Below, piece by piece: positions 11,532-24,900 of a DNA stretch of 64,000 nucleotides. Source of the stretch: Lepidodermella squamata (Eukaryota; Animalia; Gastrotricha); assembly GCA_047495785.1 (NCBI GenBank), contig JBLDXI010000011.1:1364001-1428000 (forward strand). Direction: 5' to 3'. Made by a program: the position numbers and the translations under genes. The stretch's first letter is position 1. Every line of letters begins with the position of its first letter. The notes beneath the pieces were generated by a model. That model was not told the DNA's origin. It did not search any database and saw only the letters and a program-made list of their open reading frames with translations.

Positions 11532-14500
11532 CTAAAACGACGAATTGACATCTTCGTAGCCTGGCGCACCTATGGTGCCGAAGTAGGCCGTCGGCGCTGC
11601 GTAGCGCGGCACGCACACCGAGCACCGCGATATAAAATCGACGCGGCCTGCATTTTCTACCGATTTGCGGTAGACAACCGAATTAGGCCGGGCGAACATA
11701 TCATCGCCATCGCCGGCCTCGGCGAGCGAGGCTAGGTAGAAGCCTAAGCCGGTTCCGTACTGGTGGCACGTTCCGACGCCGTGGCATTCGATGAAAGGCA
11801 CCCGGTAGAAGCGGGGCAGGCATGACCCGGGTGACTCGAGGTCCTGCACCGATGACCCTAAGCCGGCTCCGACGGACATTACGAAGGAGAATCCGTCCCA
11901 AAGTCGGAGCCAGGTTTCTGGACATCCTGGCACCTCCGAGTCCTGAGAGTGGACCGCCATGGGTTGGGACGGGGTTTCGCAAACCGCGCATCGGGAGATC
12001 AGCGGGACGATCGTGGTGCCGGACGGGACCTTGGATCCCCCTGCACCCGGGACGGTGCTGTTCGTTGCGAGCCAGTAAGAATAGTCAGTTCGTTGAGCAT
12101 AGTAACAGGCCTCATCAGGGCCGCAGAATAAGAACGGCATCTGGGAGAACACCCTTAGGCAGGAGCCCGGAGCACCCAGGTCCTGGCCAGCCGAGCGCCC
12201 GTTGCCCTGAATGAAGGCCAGGGAGTATCCGTCCCATAGTAAGGCCGTGCCTAACGGGCATTTCGGGATTTCGGTTGTTTGAGAGTGGACAGTGACGAAG
12301 AACCCGTAGCCGGTGGAATGGGCCCCAGCGTCACCCGGTTCGCCATGTTGGCCGTCGATACCGGGTTCTCCATACTCGCCAAGCTCACCCCGCTCCCCGA
12401 CTCGGCCAGGCCGGCCTGAGACACCCTGGATACCCGGAATGCCATCCTCGCCAACACCGCCTCGCTCACCCTCCTCGCCGCGAACACCAGGTGGGCCCTG
12501 GTCACCCCGCTCACCCGGTGTGCCTCTGTTACCCTGCATACCGTGAAGACCACGCTCACCCTTCAAAGCTGATGAGTAGGGCCCAGGGCGACCTGGCTCA
12601 CCAGGCTCACCCTCGTCGCCCGGGTAACCTCGATCTCCCTTATCGCCGTCCATACCACGAGGCCCTGGTACACCAGGGTCACCCCTGGCACCCCTCAGAC
12701 CAGCCTCACCCTCGTCACCCCTTTCTCCAACGAAACCCGGCTTACCACGACGACCACGGGGCCCTTGCATGCCCTCTTCGCCAGGCATACCCTGAATACC
12801 GTCGACACCCGGCTCGCCACCTAGACCCTGCTCACCCCTAGCGCCTTGAATACCCGGAGCACCCAGTTCGCCCTTCGGACCCGGCGGGCCAGACATTCCA
12901 ACGCCACCTTTTTCTCCCTTCAGATGATGCACTGAAGGTGGGACGGCTCCTGGTAATCCACGATCACCCTGTTGACCCTTCATGCCCTCGAAGCCTTTGT
13001 CTCCTAGGAGACCGGGACGACCCTGCTCACCCGGTTGACCAGCAGGGCCAGGACTACCGCGGCGAGCGTTGTAAGGCCTCGCACCGGGCATACCATCAGC
13101 ACCTCGCATTCCTTTGACACCCAGTTGACCTTTCGGGCCGGAATGACCCTGCATTCCAGCGATACCAGTCTCACCACGGTCGCCCTCTGGGCCCGGTCGG
13201 CCAGCATCCCCTCTTGGACCGCGTTGGCCTCGAGGACCAGGAACCCCACGGTCACCGAGAAGACCCTCTCGACCAGGAGAGCCTGGGAGGCCCTGAGCAC
13301 CCTTTTGACCCGGTGTGCCGTTATCACCCGGACGACCCCGGCGACCTTTATCACCGAGCTCACCCCGAGCACCCGGTTGGCCATTGCGCCCATCGGTACC
13401 TGGCCTGCCGTCGTCACCCGGAAGACCACGAGGCCCTCTTTCACCAGTGTCACCCGGCTCACCCCTCAAACCTCGCTCACCATGTTCTCCGGCATGGCCC
13501 GGACGCCCTTGCATGCCAATGAGGCCCTTAGCACCCTTCGGACCTCGAGGACCCCTCAGACCAGAGTAACCTTGCTCGCCTCTATCACCCGGAGCACCTC
13601 GCATACCCTTCTCGCCGTAAAGACCGTTTTCACCCGCCTCGCCGTGCTCACCCGTGTCACCCATCGGGCCGAATGTAGTTTCACCCTTTTCACCAGGCCG
13701 GCCGCGACCACCCTGTCGACCTCGGCCACCCTCAGGTCCAGATGGGCCTGGACCTCCACGATCACCTCGCTCGCCAGGTGCTCCGATAGGGCCCTCGTCA
13801 CCCGGAATGCCAGTCTTACCAGGAAGACCATCGCGACCAATGGGGCCCTTCTCGCCTGGGACACCCCGCTCTCCCGACCTGCCATGGGCGCCTCGTTTGC
13901 CTGGGAAGCCGACATCACCCTAATCAAAAAGTTTGTTTCAGTTCGAAATTTCAATGCTGAACTTGACTTACCTTGTCTCCTGGGTCACCTGAATCGCCAC
14001 TCTCGCCATAAAAGCCAAGCGCACCCTTGTCACCTGGCAGGCCTCGTTCGCCATCAGTTCCAGGGATGCCAGAAGGTCCAGGTGCTCCGTTGTCGCCGTG
14101 CATGCCTTGCTGGCCTTGAGGGCCTTCCATACCATTGACACCCGCTTCACCCGCGTCACCCTCTTCGCCGGGTTCTCCGAGTTCACCCTTCGGACCAGGG
14201 TCACCAGAATCACCCTGGGTGCCACGCTGTCCTCGAATCCCAACAACACCAGGCTCGCCTCGGGAGCCTAGCTCACCCTTTCGACCAGGTGATCCATTGG
14301 TACCCGGCTTGCCAGGGCTTCCGTCAAGGCCACGCTCACCCGGAGAACCCTTAATTAGATCGAAGGTTAAAACAGGGTGAATATTAAATGAAAGCAGATC
14401 TTACCTGAGGACCACGTGGTCCCGGCAAACCGTTCAAGCCTCTTTCACCATCGCTACCAGGGTTACCTCGAATTCCATTTTCTCCAGCTGAACCTCGATC

Positions 14501-17500
14501 GCCTCGCTCACCTGAGAGTGCAACGCCGGGGAGGCCACTAGAAATAACAAAATTAATAAAGGATTTCATGAATAAGGGTCGACCAACATTTTGCCAGGAA
14601 GACCAGGAACACCCGGAGTACCGCTTGACCCAGGTGATCCGTTGGGACCATCCTCGCCAGGTTCGCCATGAATGCCCTCGCGACCTTTGATGCCCTGAGG
14701 CCCAGGCGGACCCGGAGGGCCCGTTCTACCCTTAGGACCTATCGGGCCTTCGAAACCAGCAATCTCCTGCTCACCCCGTTGACCTTTCGGGCCCTCTGGA
14801 CCAGGCTTACCAGGCGCACCTCGAGCACCCTTGACACCCGGGGCGCCGGGTGATCCTGGTAATGGCGGTGGCCGTTCGACAGCGAGAACACGTCCAGGTG
14901 GACCTGGGTTACCGACGTCACCCGCGCGCCCTTTCATGCCTCGAGGCCCCCTGATACCCTTTTGACCAGGTAAGGAATCTCCGATGTCACCACGGCGGCC
15001 TTTTTCTCCAGGGATACCCTGCTGACCAGTCAGACCAGGTACGCCAACAGGACCACGTGGACCCTAAAAAATAATTAGAAAATAAATTAAATAGTTCAGC
15101 AACATGGGAGAATCTTACCGGGCTTCCACCGCTTCCCATTTCGCCGAAAGGACCGCGCTGACCAGGTGGGCCCATTTCACCAGGCGTGCCTGGGTTACCG
15201 CGTTCACCCTTGATGCCTCTAAAGCCACGATCGCCTCTCGGTGCCTCTCCCCATTTGCGAACACCTGGCTCGCCTCGATCACCGCGAGCACCGGGTTCAC
15301 CCGGTTCACCAGGGCGACCCTGAAAAATGAGAAAGATAATTAATTGAACACCCTGGAGTCAAATCAACGTACCGGTTGGCCATCTCGACCAGGCTGACCG
15401 GGTTTACCCGGCTCGCCAGTAGGGCCATGCTCGCCAGGTGAGCCTTGAACACCGTCCTCGCCAGCAGCTCCGGGTAGAGCAGCTTCTCCAGGCTCACCCT
15501 TAATTCCCTTGACACCATCAGGGCAGACCGTGCAGTCGTTACCATTGTCACCCAGATCACCCTTAGGGCCCCTTGGTCCAATAAAACCTGGCTCTCCTGG
15601 GTCACCAGGGCTGCCGCGAACACCCTTGTCACCCGGAATAGCGACATCAGCGCCGATGATACCAGGTGGGCCCTGAGGACCCTGATCACCCAGTTCACCC
15701 CGGCCGCCCTTCAGACCTCGGGTGCCGTGGTCACCCTGCAACCCTTTTTCACCCTTCTCGCCGATTTCGTCATCACCCCGCTTGCCCTTCTCACCAGGCT
15801 GACCCCGATCGCCGAGAAGACCAGGACCGCCAGGTAACCCGGAGATTCCAGAATCACCCTGCTCACCCTTATCACCCCGATGGCCCAATTCGCCCTTCTT
15901 GCCAGTGCGGCCTGGTTTTCCAGCTGGTCCGTCAAAACCGTTATCGCCACCCTCGCCGCGTTGACCCTTCGGACCTTCACGACCAAGTTCACCCCGAGGG
16001 CCCTGGGCGCCTCGCCTTCCGGCTGGTCCAGGTGGTGAGACGGTGCGACCAGGAGGTGGCGCCTCTCCAAAATCACCCTGCATACCCTTCCGACCGGGGA
16101 AACCTTCAGGGCCTCGAATTCCTTTAACACCCGGTTGTCCGGGATCTCCAGGGAGCCCATCTTCGCCAGAGAGGCCCTTGGGGCCCGGGCGTCCTGGCAT
16201 GCCTGGTTTTCCAGTTTTTCCCTATTAAATGCGGAAAATTGATGAAAAATTCAGGAAAAATTCCGAGAACTTACCAGAGGACCAGGGTTGCCTTGGTCGC
16301 CTCCGCCACCCTTTTGACCCTTGTCACCTCGAGGACCCTAATAAAAACAATTATTAATATCAAATCGATTAAGGCGCTGAATTAAAGCATGCATAGCAGG
16401 CAGCAAGCGAGGAAATGATTAGGAAAATCGTGCATTTTTTCAGTCGGCACCCTTTTCATGCCGGCTTACGGGACCCGGTCTATGGCCGGTGGAGCCTTTC
16501 GGCCCAGTTTGACCCAGTTCTCCAGCGTCGCCCTTATCGCCGTCTTCAGGTCTCCGGCAGACCCCTCCGATACAGCCGGCCTCGAGTCGGAGCAGTTGGA
16601 TATAATACCCTGGCAGGCCGGGTTCTCCAACTTCGCCGAAGTCACCCTAAAAATTGTGAAAAAGCATAGGAAAGAGAAGAAGCGAATGATAAAAAAGCGA
16701 AATAGAAAGCGTATAGCGTATAAAGCAGGGCGTTTATTTGTTCGGTAATAAGAACCTGTGTTCCTCCGGAGCCACCTTCACCCGTGCGCCCAGTGTCACC
16801 CCTTGGACCCGGGTCACCCCTGTCTCCGACTTTACCCGGAAACAGGGTTTGCACATCCATTCCTTTCAACTCAGTAGCACCCGGTGGACCTCGTTCACCT
16901 GGGTCACCCTAAATTTCAATGTCATGAAAAATTAATTAATTAATTTGCTAATTAAAATTAAATGGGACATATTATGACTGGAACTTACTTTAACACCCGT
17001 TACACCTTCGCCAGTATCGCCAGGATCTCCTCGCGGTCCAAGAGCACCCTCTTCACCTGGGAACCCATCAGGGCCCTCTTCGCCGGGGTCACCCCGCAGA
17101 CCACGGTCGCCAGGCAGGCCGCGCTCACCCTTGAGACCCGGGAACCCGTAGTCACCTGGCGGGCCTCTAGGGCCCCGAGCAGCTCTCTGGCATTCGTCGT
17201 CGAAGCACTCGGTCGGGCCTGGTTCGCCCTTTTCACCTATCGTACCGCGATCGCCAGGCAGACCAGGCTCACCCGGATCACCCGTCCGGCCGTAATCACC
17301 AGAAGCTCCCTATAGAAAAAAATCATCAAACAACGATTAATTAAGTAATTTTCGATACCTACCTTAGTACCATTGCACCCATCGACACCCTTTTCACCAA
17401 TAGGGCCCCGCTTTCCAGGCCGGCCTGGTAGACCAGGCATACCAGCCTCGCCCGGTACACCCCGATTGCCGCGGAGGCCCTTGGGGCCCGGGCGACCCGG

Positions 17501-17722
17501 CTCGCCAAGGTCACCCTTATTTCCACTCCGGCCACCAGGGCCCTCGGGTCCAGCATCACCCGGGAACCCAGTGTAACCCTGATAACCAGGATGGCCCGGG
17601 TAGCCTTTATCGCCCTTAGGCGGCCGGCAGACGCACATGTCCTTGCCGCCGTTACAGCCGGGACACGCGTAACCGGCTGCTAGGCTGAGACACGCTGCTA
17701 ATAACAGCAGTTGTCGTAACAT
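11532..17722 (-). CDS. COL4A1-like: Collagen type IV alpha chain (alpha1-like), multi-exon
   Basis: Signal peptide, Cys-rich 7S region (CPGC..CVC, DGCNG), long interrupted Gly-X-Y domain over GT-AG exons, and a C-terminal NC1 with two C4 repeats (HSQ..P.CP, GQDLG.PGSC, PFIECHG.GTC, SRCSVC). Confidence 0.95.
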
Positions 17723-20071
17723 TTCGATAAAATCAGCAATCAGTCAGTAAAAAGTAGGTCAGTTGTAAAAAATGCGAATAAATCTCGCCGAAATGGTAAT
17801 AAAAAACTGAATTACCAAAATTATTCGACCATCTAAAAATTAGTAAACACAAAATATAAAATATAGTGACTGAAAATATCAGTTGACCTAATTATGGACA
17901 CTCAAAATTATGAAGCGTGAAATATTTGAAAAATCTGGAAAATCTAGAAAAATTACAAAAAATGCGTGAAAATGTGAACTACTTAGGGACATTTTAGGCA
18001 ACGCGAGGTAGGTTAAGATAGCTAAAATTCATTATTTAGGTATTATTGCAAAAATGAGTGGATCCTGAAAGCAATCTATTTAGGGTCAGCCTCAGATTTT
18101 TGCGGAGAATTTTTCGGAAAATTCTACAAAAATCATTAAAATTTGGTTATTTTCAAGAGGAGATGAGGCGCGAGCTGAAAGAGCTGAAGAAATTTCATCT
18201 CAATTTCCACCACAATTTTACAAAAAGGTAGGAAATATTTAATATCTAAAATATGAAAAATCTAAAGTTTTAAAGTAACACAGGCAAAGAAAATTCGCAG
18301 AAAATAGGTCAAAAAATCTAAAATGAGAGTCGAAGCCACATCTCATTCCTAATGATTATAAACTTATCAATGGGAATAAAAAAGCGGAGAAATTATGCCC
18401 ACCTGGGTAAAATACCGGAAATTACTAAACCAGTTACTATCGGGTTTTCGGGGTTTCTCCGGTAAATTTTTGAATTTTTTAGGTCATCTCGCAGATGAAG
18501 GCTGAAAGATGAATCCTATAGATTCGAATATAGGAAAATTGATAGGAAAATTAGTAAAAAGTTGATTTGATGGGACACAATGTAATAATTGGTAAAATTC
18601 CTATAAACAATAGCATTCTGAATTGAACCTAAAAATTGATAAAATATACCGATGAATTAATCGCAATAGGAGGTCTAGCAGCTGGATTAATGGGTATAAA
18701 TCATGTATATAATATTATAATGATTTTCAAGGATGATACTAGGATACCATCTTGCGATTTCAGTAATCACTAATCGCTACTCTTTGATTGACCGCTGTTT
18801 GTTATCACAACGGCCAATGGCTACTTTCTCAACAGCCGGCGATGATTAGTTGCAACCGCATTGCCGCTGCTATTTTTAATGCGCGCACATAAAAAAATCA
18901 CGCGTGCGTGCGCAAAAATCGCGCATATAAAATTCGCGCAATAAAAACAATAAATAAGCGCGCGCGCGGGCCGAAGGTATATACCAATATATCTGAAAGG
19001 TAGGCGGAGGCAGTATATAACCCGTAACGAAAGCGAACCGCTCGAGTGCCTGGCGTAATATATTATAGTATAGATTGTTGTGTTGTTGTGCGCTTGCATC
19101 ATCATCACGTCGCAGATAATAAAGGCATTTCGCTGTTATCGTAGCAGCAGCCGTCGATGGGCGCGACGACGGCGAACAATTGCTGCTGGCGTCTTTATCG
19201 CCCCGTGTTTGTTTGCGGTGTTTACTATATAATACAGCGCGCTCGGGTATGTCGGGGTTTTATATGAAGCGCGCGCGCGTAACAGGGCGGGTTTATATAT
19301 ATTATTATGTGTGTGACACCCGGGTGCGCGCTTTTTTCCTGTAGTAAACATGCGCGCACTTTTCGCCGCCGTCTCTTTTCATATATAGCAGCCTATGTAT
19401 GTTTGTTGATGGCTATAATAGTGGTAACTCGCTGATGGCCTCGCGGTGACACTCAACGTCTTCCGACGTCTCGTCCTCAGCCGCATATATACTTACAGCT
19501 GAGTCACCTGATGAACATGCCGCGGTTCGGTGTCTTATATAGGGTGGCCTGATTCGGGCGCGGATTATGACAGATATGCGACACAAATGATGACAATTGC
19601 TATCGCGTGGCCAATATTTCGATAAGTGTTTGCATTACGCATGTTGCTATATTTCATATTTCGTGGTATTTCGATTTCGTGAGCGCAAAAATGAATCGAT
19701 GACATTTTCGAATAAAATCACATTTTTCGCCATTTAATCGATTTTTTTTAAATTGTTGGGGAAATTCAGATATATTCATGAAATATTTCCGTTGCTAAGC
19801 ATAAATGTCTCAACGGAACCTTGATGGATGGAATTTGAAATTAACGTACTTGGTGCCAAAATGCGATTTGAGAATTGTTAAATGGGTCCAAATATTTCCA
19901 CCGCTAGGAGGTTCCAGCACTAAATATTTCAGATATTTTGCGATTTCTGCGTTTTCGGTTTTTGATCGATTCTGGTGCCCTCCTTGAACGTAGGATTTTT
20001 TATTTGAGCTATTTGGTGCCCTAAGCTACGTAGGCAAACTATCAATGTTGGGTTCCAAGACGGCTGATATC

Positions 20072-20644
20072 GGGAAAATCACTGATTTGTAAAATCGATA
20101 CTTGGAATCGATATCGGCTCTATAGGATGAATTATAATTCGTAAACTGACCGCTCATAGCGCGAAATACGCGTAACACGGAGGTCTATCGGTTAGGCATG
20201 ATAGCAAAAAAGTTGAGACTCTAGTGAAGACTAGAAATTCGGAAAACCATATTTAGGGGAAATCTAGTTGCGGTGCGGTGCGCACTTGGCACACTCTTTT
20301 TAAATATTTTACATGTATTTTAATGTTTGAATTTTTTATTAGGGCGAAAACGGGGTTAAAATTGGCATTGAGGCCTTGATTGTGCAAATTTTTTCACATC
20401 TTAATTAGTTCAAGGGTGTTCGAAGTTTGCCAAATTTGCACTGTAAATGTAGGGTTCCAGCGCTGGTTCCAGTATGTTCCAGTTTCCAGTAACTCAAAAT
20501 AGTAAGTTCCGCGATCTCTTTTTAGGAAATCAGTTCTTGTTTAACTGATAGATTTTAGTAATTTGTGTATTGCGATTTACATCAGAGGTAACGGAGCCGA
20601 TATCGATATTCCAAGTATCGATTTTACAAATCACTGATTTTTCC
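20072..20644. mobile_element. Non-autonomous inverted-repeat element (MITE-like); solo arms elsewhere in the window
   Basis: ~50-bp arm ggaaaatcactgatttgtaaaatcgatacttggaatcgatatcggctc at 20072-20120, inverted copy at ~20596-20644. Related single arms near 23642-23690, 42840-42883 and 60477-60526. Confidence 0.6.
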
Positions 20645-20939
20645 AAGACCTTGTGCGGGAACCAACTTCAAACGTTTAAAATTATTTTTTCATGACATGC
20701 GGGTATAGCTGAAATGAAAGCTGAATCAAAGTATTAGGTTGTTCTTGTTATGAAATTCAAATTATTCCCTTACCATGCCACCTTTAAACTGCTGAAAAAT
20801 TCTGTTAAGATGCAGTGATTTATTACAGCAGGAAAAAGTGAAAGCGAATATATTTTCAACTATTCAATACTTTTGAACAATTGATAAAAGGACTTATATG
20901 ATATAGATAACATCAGTCCAACTGATATCTTGAGGTGGT

Positions 20940-21952
20940 TTAGCCCTTCTTTCCGAACAGAGAACCGATGCCACTGATTACGGTGTTGGCCAAATTAGCC
21001 GACTGCGAGGCCCCGGCGTTGCCGCTAACGGCGCTCCCAATCAAGGAGTTGATGGTGCTTGACAAAAAAAAATACAAAAAAATTGAAAAGATCGGAAAAT
21101 ACAGCGATTTTTTATCAGGAAAAAAATGAAGTTTAATTGTTGTTAATTTCTAAATAATTGGTGAATTTAATTCTTAAATTATCTCACTCTTGCCCGGCGC
21201 CAACGTAGAGCAGGCCGTTGATCATGTCGGTGGTGCTGGCGGTCGATGCAAGACAGCACGACTGAACGACGATAGGGCAGATCATGCGGTTGCTGAACAA
21301 GGCCTTGATAGTATCGGAAGAACCGCCGAGCAATTTGGCGAATTGCGGCCCCAATGCCTTCATAATAGGATTCCACTTGTTATCAGGTTTCACTCCACAC
21401 CTATCACACAAAAATAAACAGAAAAATTTTGAATTCAAATATTTTTGAAAATCAAGGCAGAAATTTTAATTTAAAATAATTTAAAAAACCCATTTTCCAA
21501 ATTTCAATTTAAAATAATTTGAAAAAACCCATTTTAAAAATTTCAATTTAAAAAGATTATTCAATATGGGATCGGGAAAATGACTTACTGTTCGCCGGCC
21601 AACGAGCAGAGCAAGGCGTTACCCAGCTGGCTGCCTTGATTACCACATGGACCGCCATTCCTTTCAAAAAAACAATACTATTTAAATTTTCAAAAATTCG
21701 AAAAATAGCTAACGAGGGGCAGAAATTAGCCTGGATCTGTTGCTGAACGGACTGGGTAATTCCAGCAGCCGAAACCAGAGATAGGATGCCCGAAATCGCT
21801 GAAGTTCTGAGAATTTCAAAAAAAAATTCAAAAATATTAAAAATGTGTCCCATGATTTTTTACGCGCTCGTGTATGCCGAGCAAACGTCGGTCTGAGCAT
21901 GAGCGCCAGCCGCAATAGCTGCGACGCAAATCAAAGAAGTCGAAAATTTCAT
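20940..21952 (-). CDS. Secreted six-Cys orphan protein, paralog 3 (5 exons)
   Basis: Spliced product MKFSTSLICVAAIAAGAHA-QTDVC...GPCGNQGSQLGNALLCSLAGEQCGVK...MICPIVVQSCCLAS...GIGSLFGKKG*. All introns GT-AG and phase 2. Confidence 0.85.
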
Positions 21953-22476
21953 GTTTTTTTGTATCCTCTCAAGATTTATCCAACAGACAAAAAATGGTGT
22001 GAGCAATATGTTTTCCTCGGAAATGATTTTTTGCCGATATTTTTTTCAGCCAGCTGATTAAATCAGTGATAAGCATTTTGTGCGCTCCAGCGCCTGAGCA
22101 AACAACAAATCTTGGTTGTCGCGTTTTTTTGCGCCGTTCGGTTGACAGAAACAAACTAATTAAGGAAAAAAATTCTGCCAATTATTTTTTGATTAGCTGA
22201 TTCATGCTTGTTTGTTGATCAAGTAAGAATTTTCCGAATTGGAAGTTATTAGCAATTAAAAAAATTCCAAAAATACCAGAGTTCGGGTAGTACCATCCCA
22301 ATGTTTTCGGTATTTTTTTTCTTTCGGTAAATTTTTTTCGGTAATAATCAAAACAAGCCAGTCGAGGTTTTTGTTTGAATTTTCATTTCACAGGTAGGAT
22401 AGAAAATTCGGTTATAATGGGAAATAAAGTGTCAAAGAGATTTGTCCAATTTTTCTTCGATTTATGTTCGCATTTT

Positions 22477-23252
22477 TTAGCCAGTGAAACCGCTGAAGAG
22501 ACTGGTCAGCTGGCCGAGTTGGTTGCCGCTCAAAGCCGTAGAAAGACCGGTTACAAGTCCACCGTTAGCATCCGACAAACAGCACCTGAAAAAAATGCAA
22601 TATAAATGTAAAAAAATCCCGGAAAACCCGAAAATACCCGATTTCGGTATTTTTCAACTAACGATTGTTTGACGATGATGCAGATGATCGGCCCCTTCTG
22701 TTTATCCGCAATCAATTCGTTGAGGCTCTGGAGTCTGGGATAAAATTCAAGAAAATTTCTATGCATAAAGCTTCGATGCAATAAAAACCTACGCAGCGCC
22801 AGAAGCTTGTCCAATGACATTTGTCAACTGATTCGAAGACTGGGCGCCGCATCTGCATGAGGATAAAATCAATCATTTTCTTTATTTTTTCCCCCTAATA
22901 TTATTCCTTACTGTTTTCCGGCTATGGCGCACAGCATAACATTAGCCAGAACATTTTCCGAATTAACGCATTGGCCAGAAGCAGCTGCTGTTGCCCTGTG
23001 AAAAATTTAATTTTCATTAATTACTAAAAAATATTTCGATCAACTTTTGGCTACTGCCGAAAGCTTGTGTGAAGACTTGAAGAGATTGCGGGTTGTTCTG
23101 AAGCAAACTCAATCTGTTAATTTAAAATATCCTGCCCAATTACTTGAGAATTAATTTCGAAAAATTTACGCCTGATTTGCGTTGAACTGCTGAGCATAGC
23201 TGTAATTGATGGCTAGAAGAGCCCAAATAGCTGCCACGAGTAAATACTGCAT
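22477..23252 (-). CDS. Secreted six-Cys orphan protein, paralog 2 (6 exons)
   Basis: Spliced product MQYLLVAAIWALLAINYSYA-QQFNANQALSLLQNNPQ...GQCVNSENVLANVMLCAIAGKQCGAQ...IICIIVKQSCCLSD...LFSGFTG*. Confidence 0.85.
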
Positions 23253-23919
23253 AATTATTTCTGGTAATAATTGCTATCAATGAGGCTATGAAATAGCCGG
23301 TTCTTATTGCGGCTGCAAACAAAAAAGATCCCTCCCGTTTATCGGTTCCGCTCTGCTGGACAGCTATTGTTGCCAGAGCACGCTTTTGAAAAAACACGAA
23401 TGCCCCTAATATTATTAATCACCGGCCAAGCAGTATCAGTAGAATTTTTTGAAAAATTAATAATCTTGGTATTATCAGAGAGAAAGAAAAAAGCGCCAAA
23501 TTGTAGGCTCCAATTTTAGGCTTTTCAAATTTCACTTTTTGAAAATTTAAATTTCAAATTTTCAAATTTGTTATTTCATCATACCTACGAGTAATTTTCC
23601 TTATTACGAGTTTGTGCCCTATCGGCGATCACTTTAAGATTCGATATCGATTCCAAGAATCGATTTAAAAAATCAGTGATTTTTCCGATATTGTTAGAAT
23701 TTGTAAGCCACCGTCAGACATACCGCTGTTGAAATGGAAAGCGAATCGCGGATATAAATATAAAATTCATATGAAATGTGTATATTTTAAAACGCTCAAA
23801 AGATGAACCTCGGCAATCATCCGAATTTATTCTGCAGGTGTATTTTTTTTCTTTGATGTCATGCTGAAGAGATTCAGAGTTATGCGAGGTTTTTTTGTTG
23901 CGGTTAATTTTTGTGTATT

Positions 23920-24900
23920 TTAGCCGCCGAACATATTGCCGAGTTGAGGCAGTAGGCTGTTGATGGCGTTGAAATCCAGTCCGGACGTAGCAGCAGGGGC
24001 TGCGGCGCCTGCCGACTGTCCGCCGAAGCCGCCAAGAACGCCGGACAGCTGGCTCAGGCCAGGCTGGTTTCCGAGGAACATCTGGGCCAAGCCAGTTGCG
24101 AGTTGCGCGTTATTGCCCGACTCGGATAAGCAGCACCTAATTAGAGAGAAATTAGAGAAAAAACTGGTGAAATTTGAAAAAATTCGAATTTTTGAATTTT
24201 TTAACTTTAATTTCAAATTTTTCAATTCGCTTCGAGAATTTCTTGGAAATTTTTGGAAATTTTGTTAAATGATCTCAATAATTAGGTCATTACGATTGCT
24301 TGACGATGACGCAAATCAGCGGATTCGAGCTGATCAAGCCATTGATGCTTTGCAGCCTAAAAGAAAATGAAAAAAATTGAAATTTCAAGTTTTAAGGAGG
24401 AATTATCAAATTTTACGAGCTAGCCGCAAATTGCGAAATAACTCCAGTTAGCGGGTTGTTTGTCTGGGCACCGCATCTATAAAATGTCATATTTTTTCAA
24501 ATTTTTACTCGAAATTGAAAGACGAACTGTTTCCCGGCAATAGCGCATAGCAGGGTGTTTGCAAGCATATTGTCCGATTGCACGCATTGTCCCTGAGCGG
24601 CCGCTTGGGCACTGGAAAAAAATCGAAAAATAACGCAAAAAATTGGCTTGAAAATTTGACTCACTTTCCTGCGCCATTCAAGCCTTGTGCCAGCACTCCA
24701 AATGCTTGGGGGTTTTTTTGGAGAAAGCTCAGACTGGACAAAAAACGGATATATTATATATAGGTAATTCTATTAATTCGGCCAACATACGCCGAGGACG
24801 GATTGAAACTGCTGCCCAAGTTTCCGAAATTGCCGAATTGGCCGTTGCTGAAACTGACGGCCAAACAGGCGAAAATAGCTGCTACAAGGTAGATGCGCAT
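23920..24900 (-). CDS. Secreted six-Cys orphan protein, paralog 1 (6 exons)
   Basis: Spliced product MRIYLVAAIFACLAVSFSNG-QFGNF...LSFLQKNPQ...GQCVQSDNMLANTLLCAIAGKQCGAQ...LICVIVKQSCCLSES...NMFGG*. TATA-like tatataaaa about 60 bp upstream. Confidence 0.88.

Noticed and set aside
11701-17576. Numerous overlapping and antisense ORFs in the collagen IV region (also over ZDHHC17 exon 3, SLC6 and the lectin)
   Set aside because: Shadow frames of GC-rich Gly-X-Y or low-complexity coding sequence.
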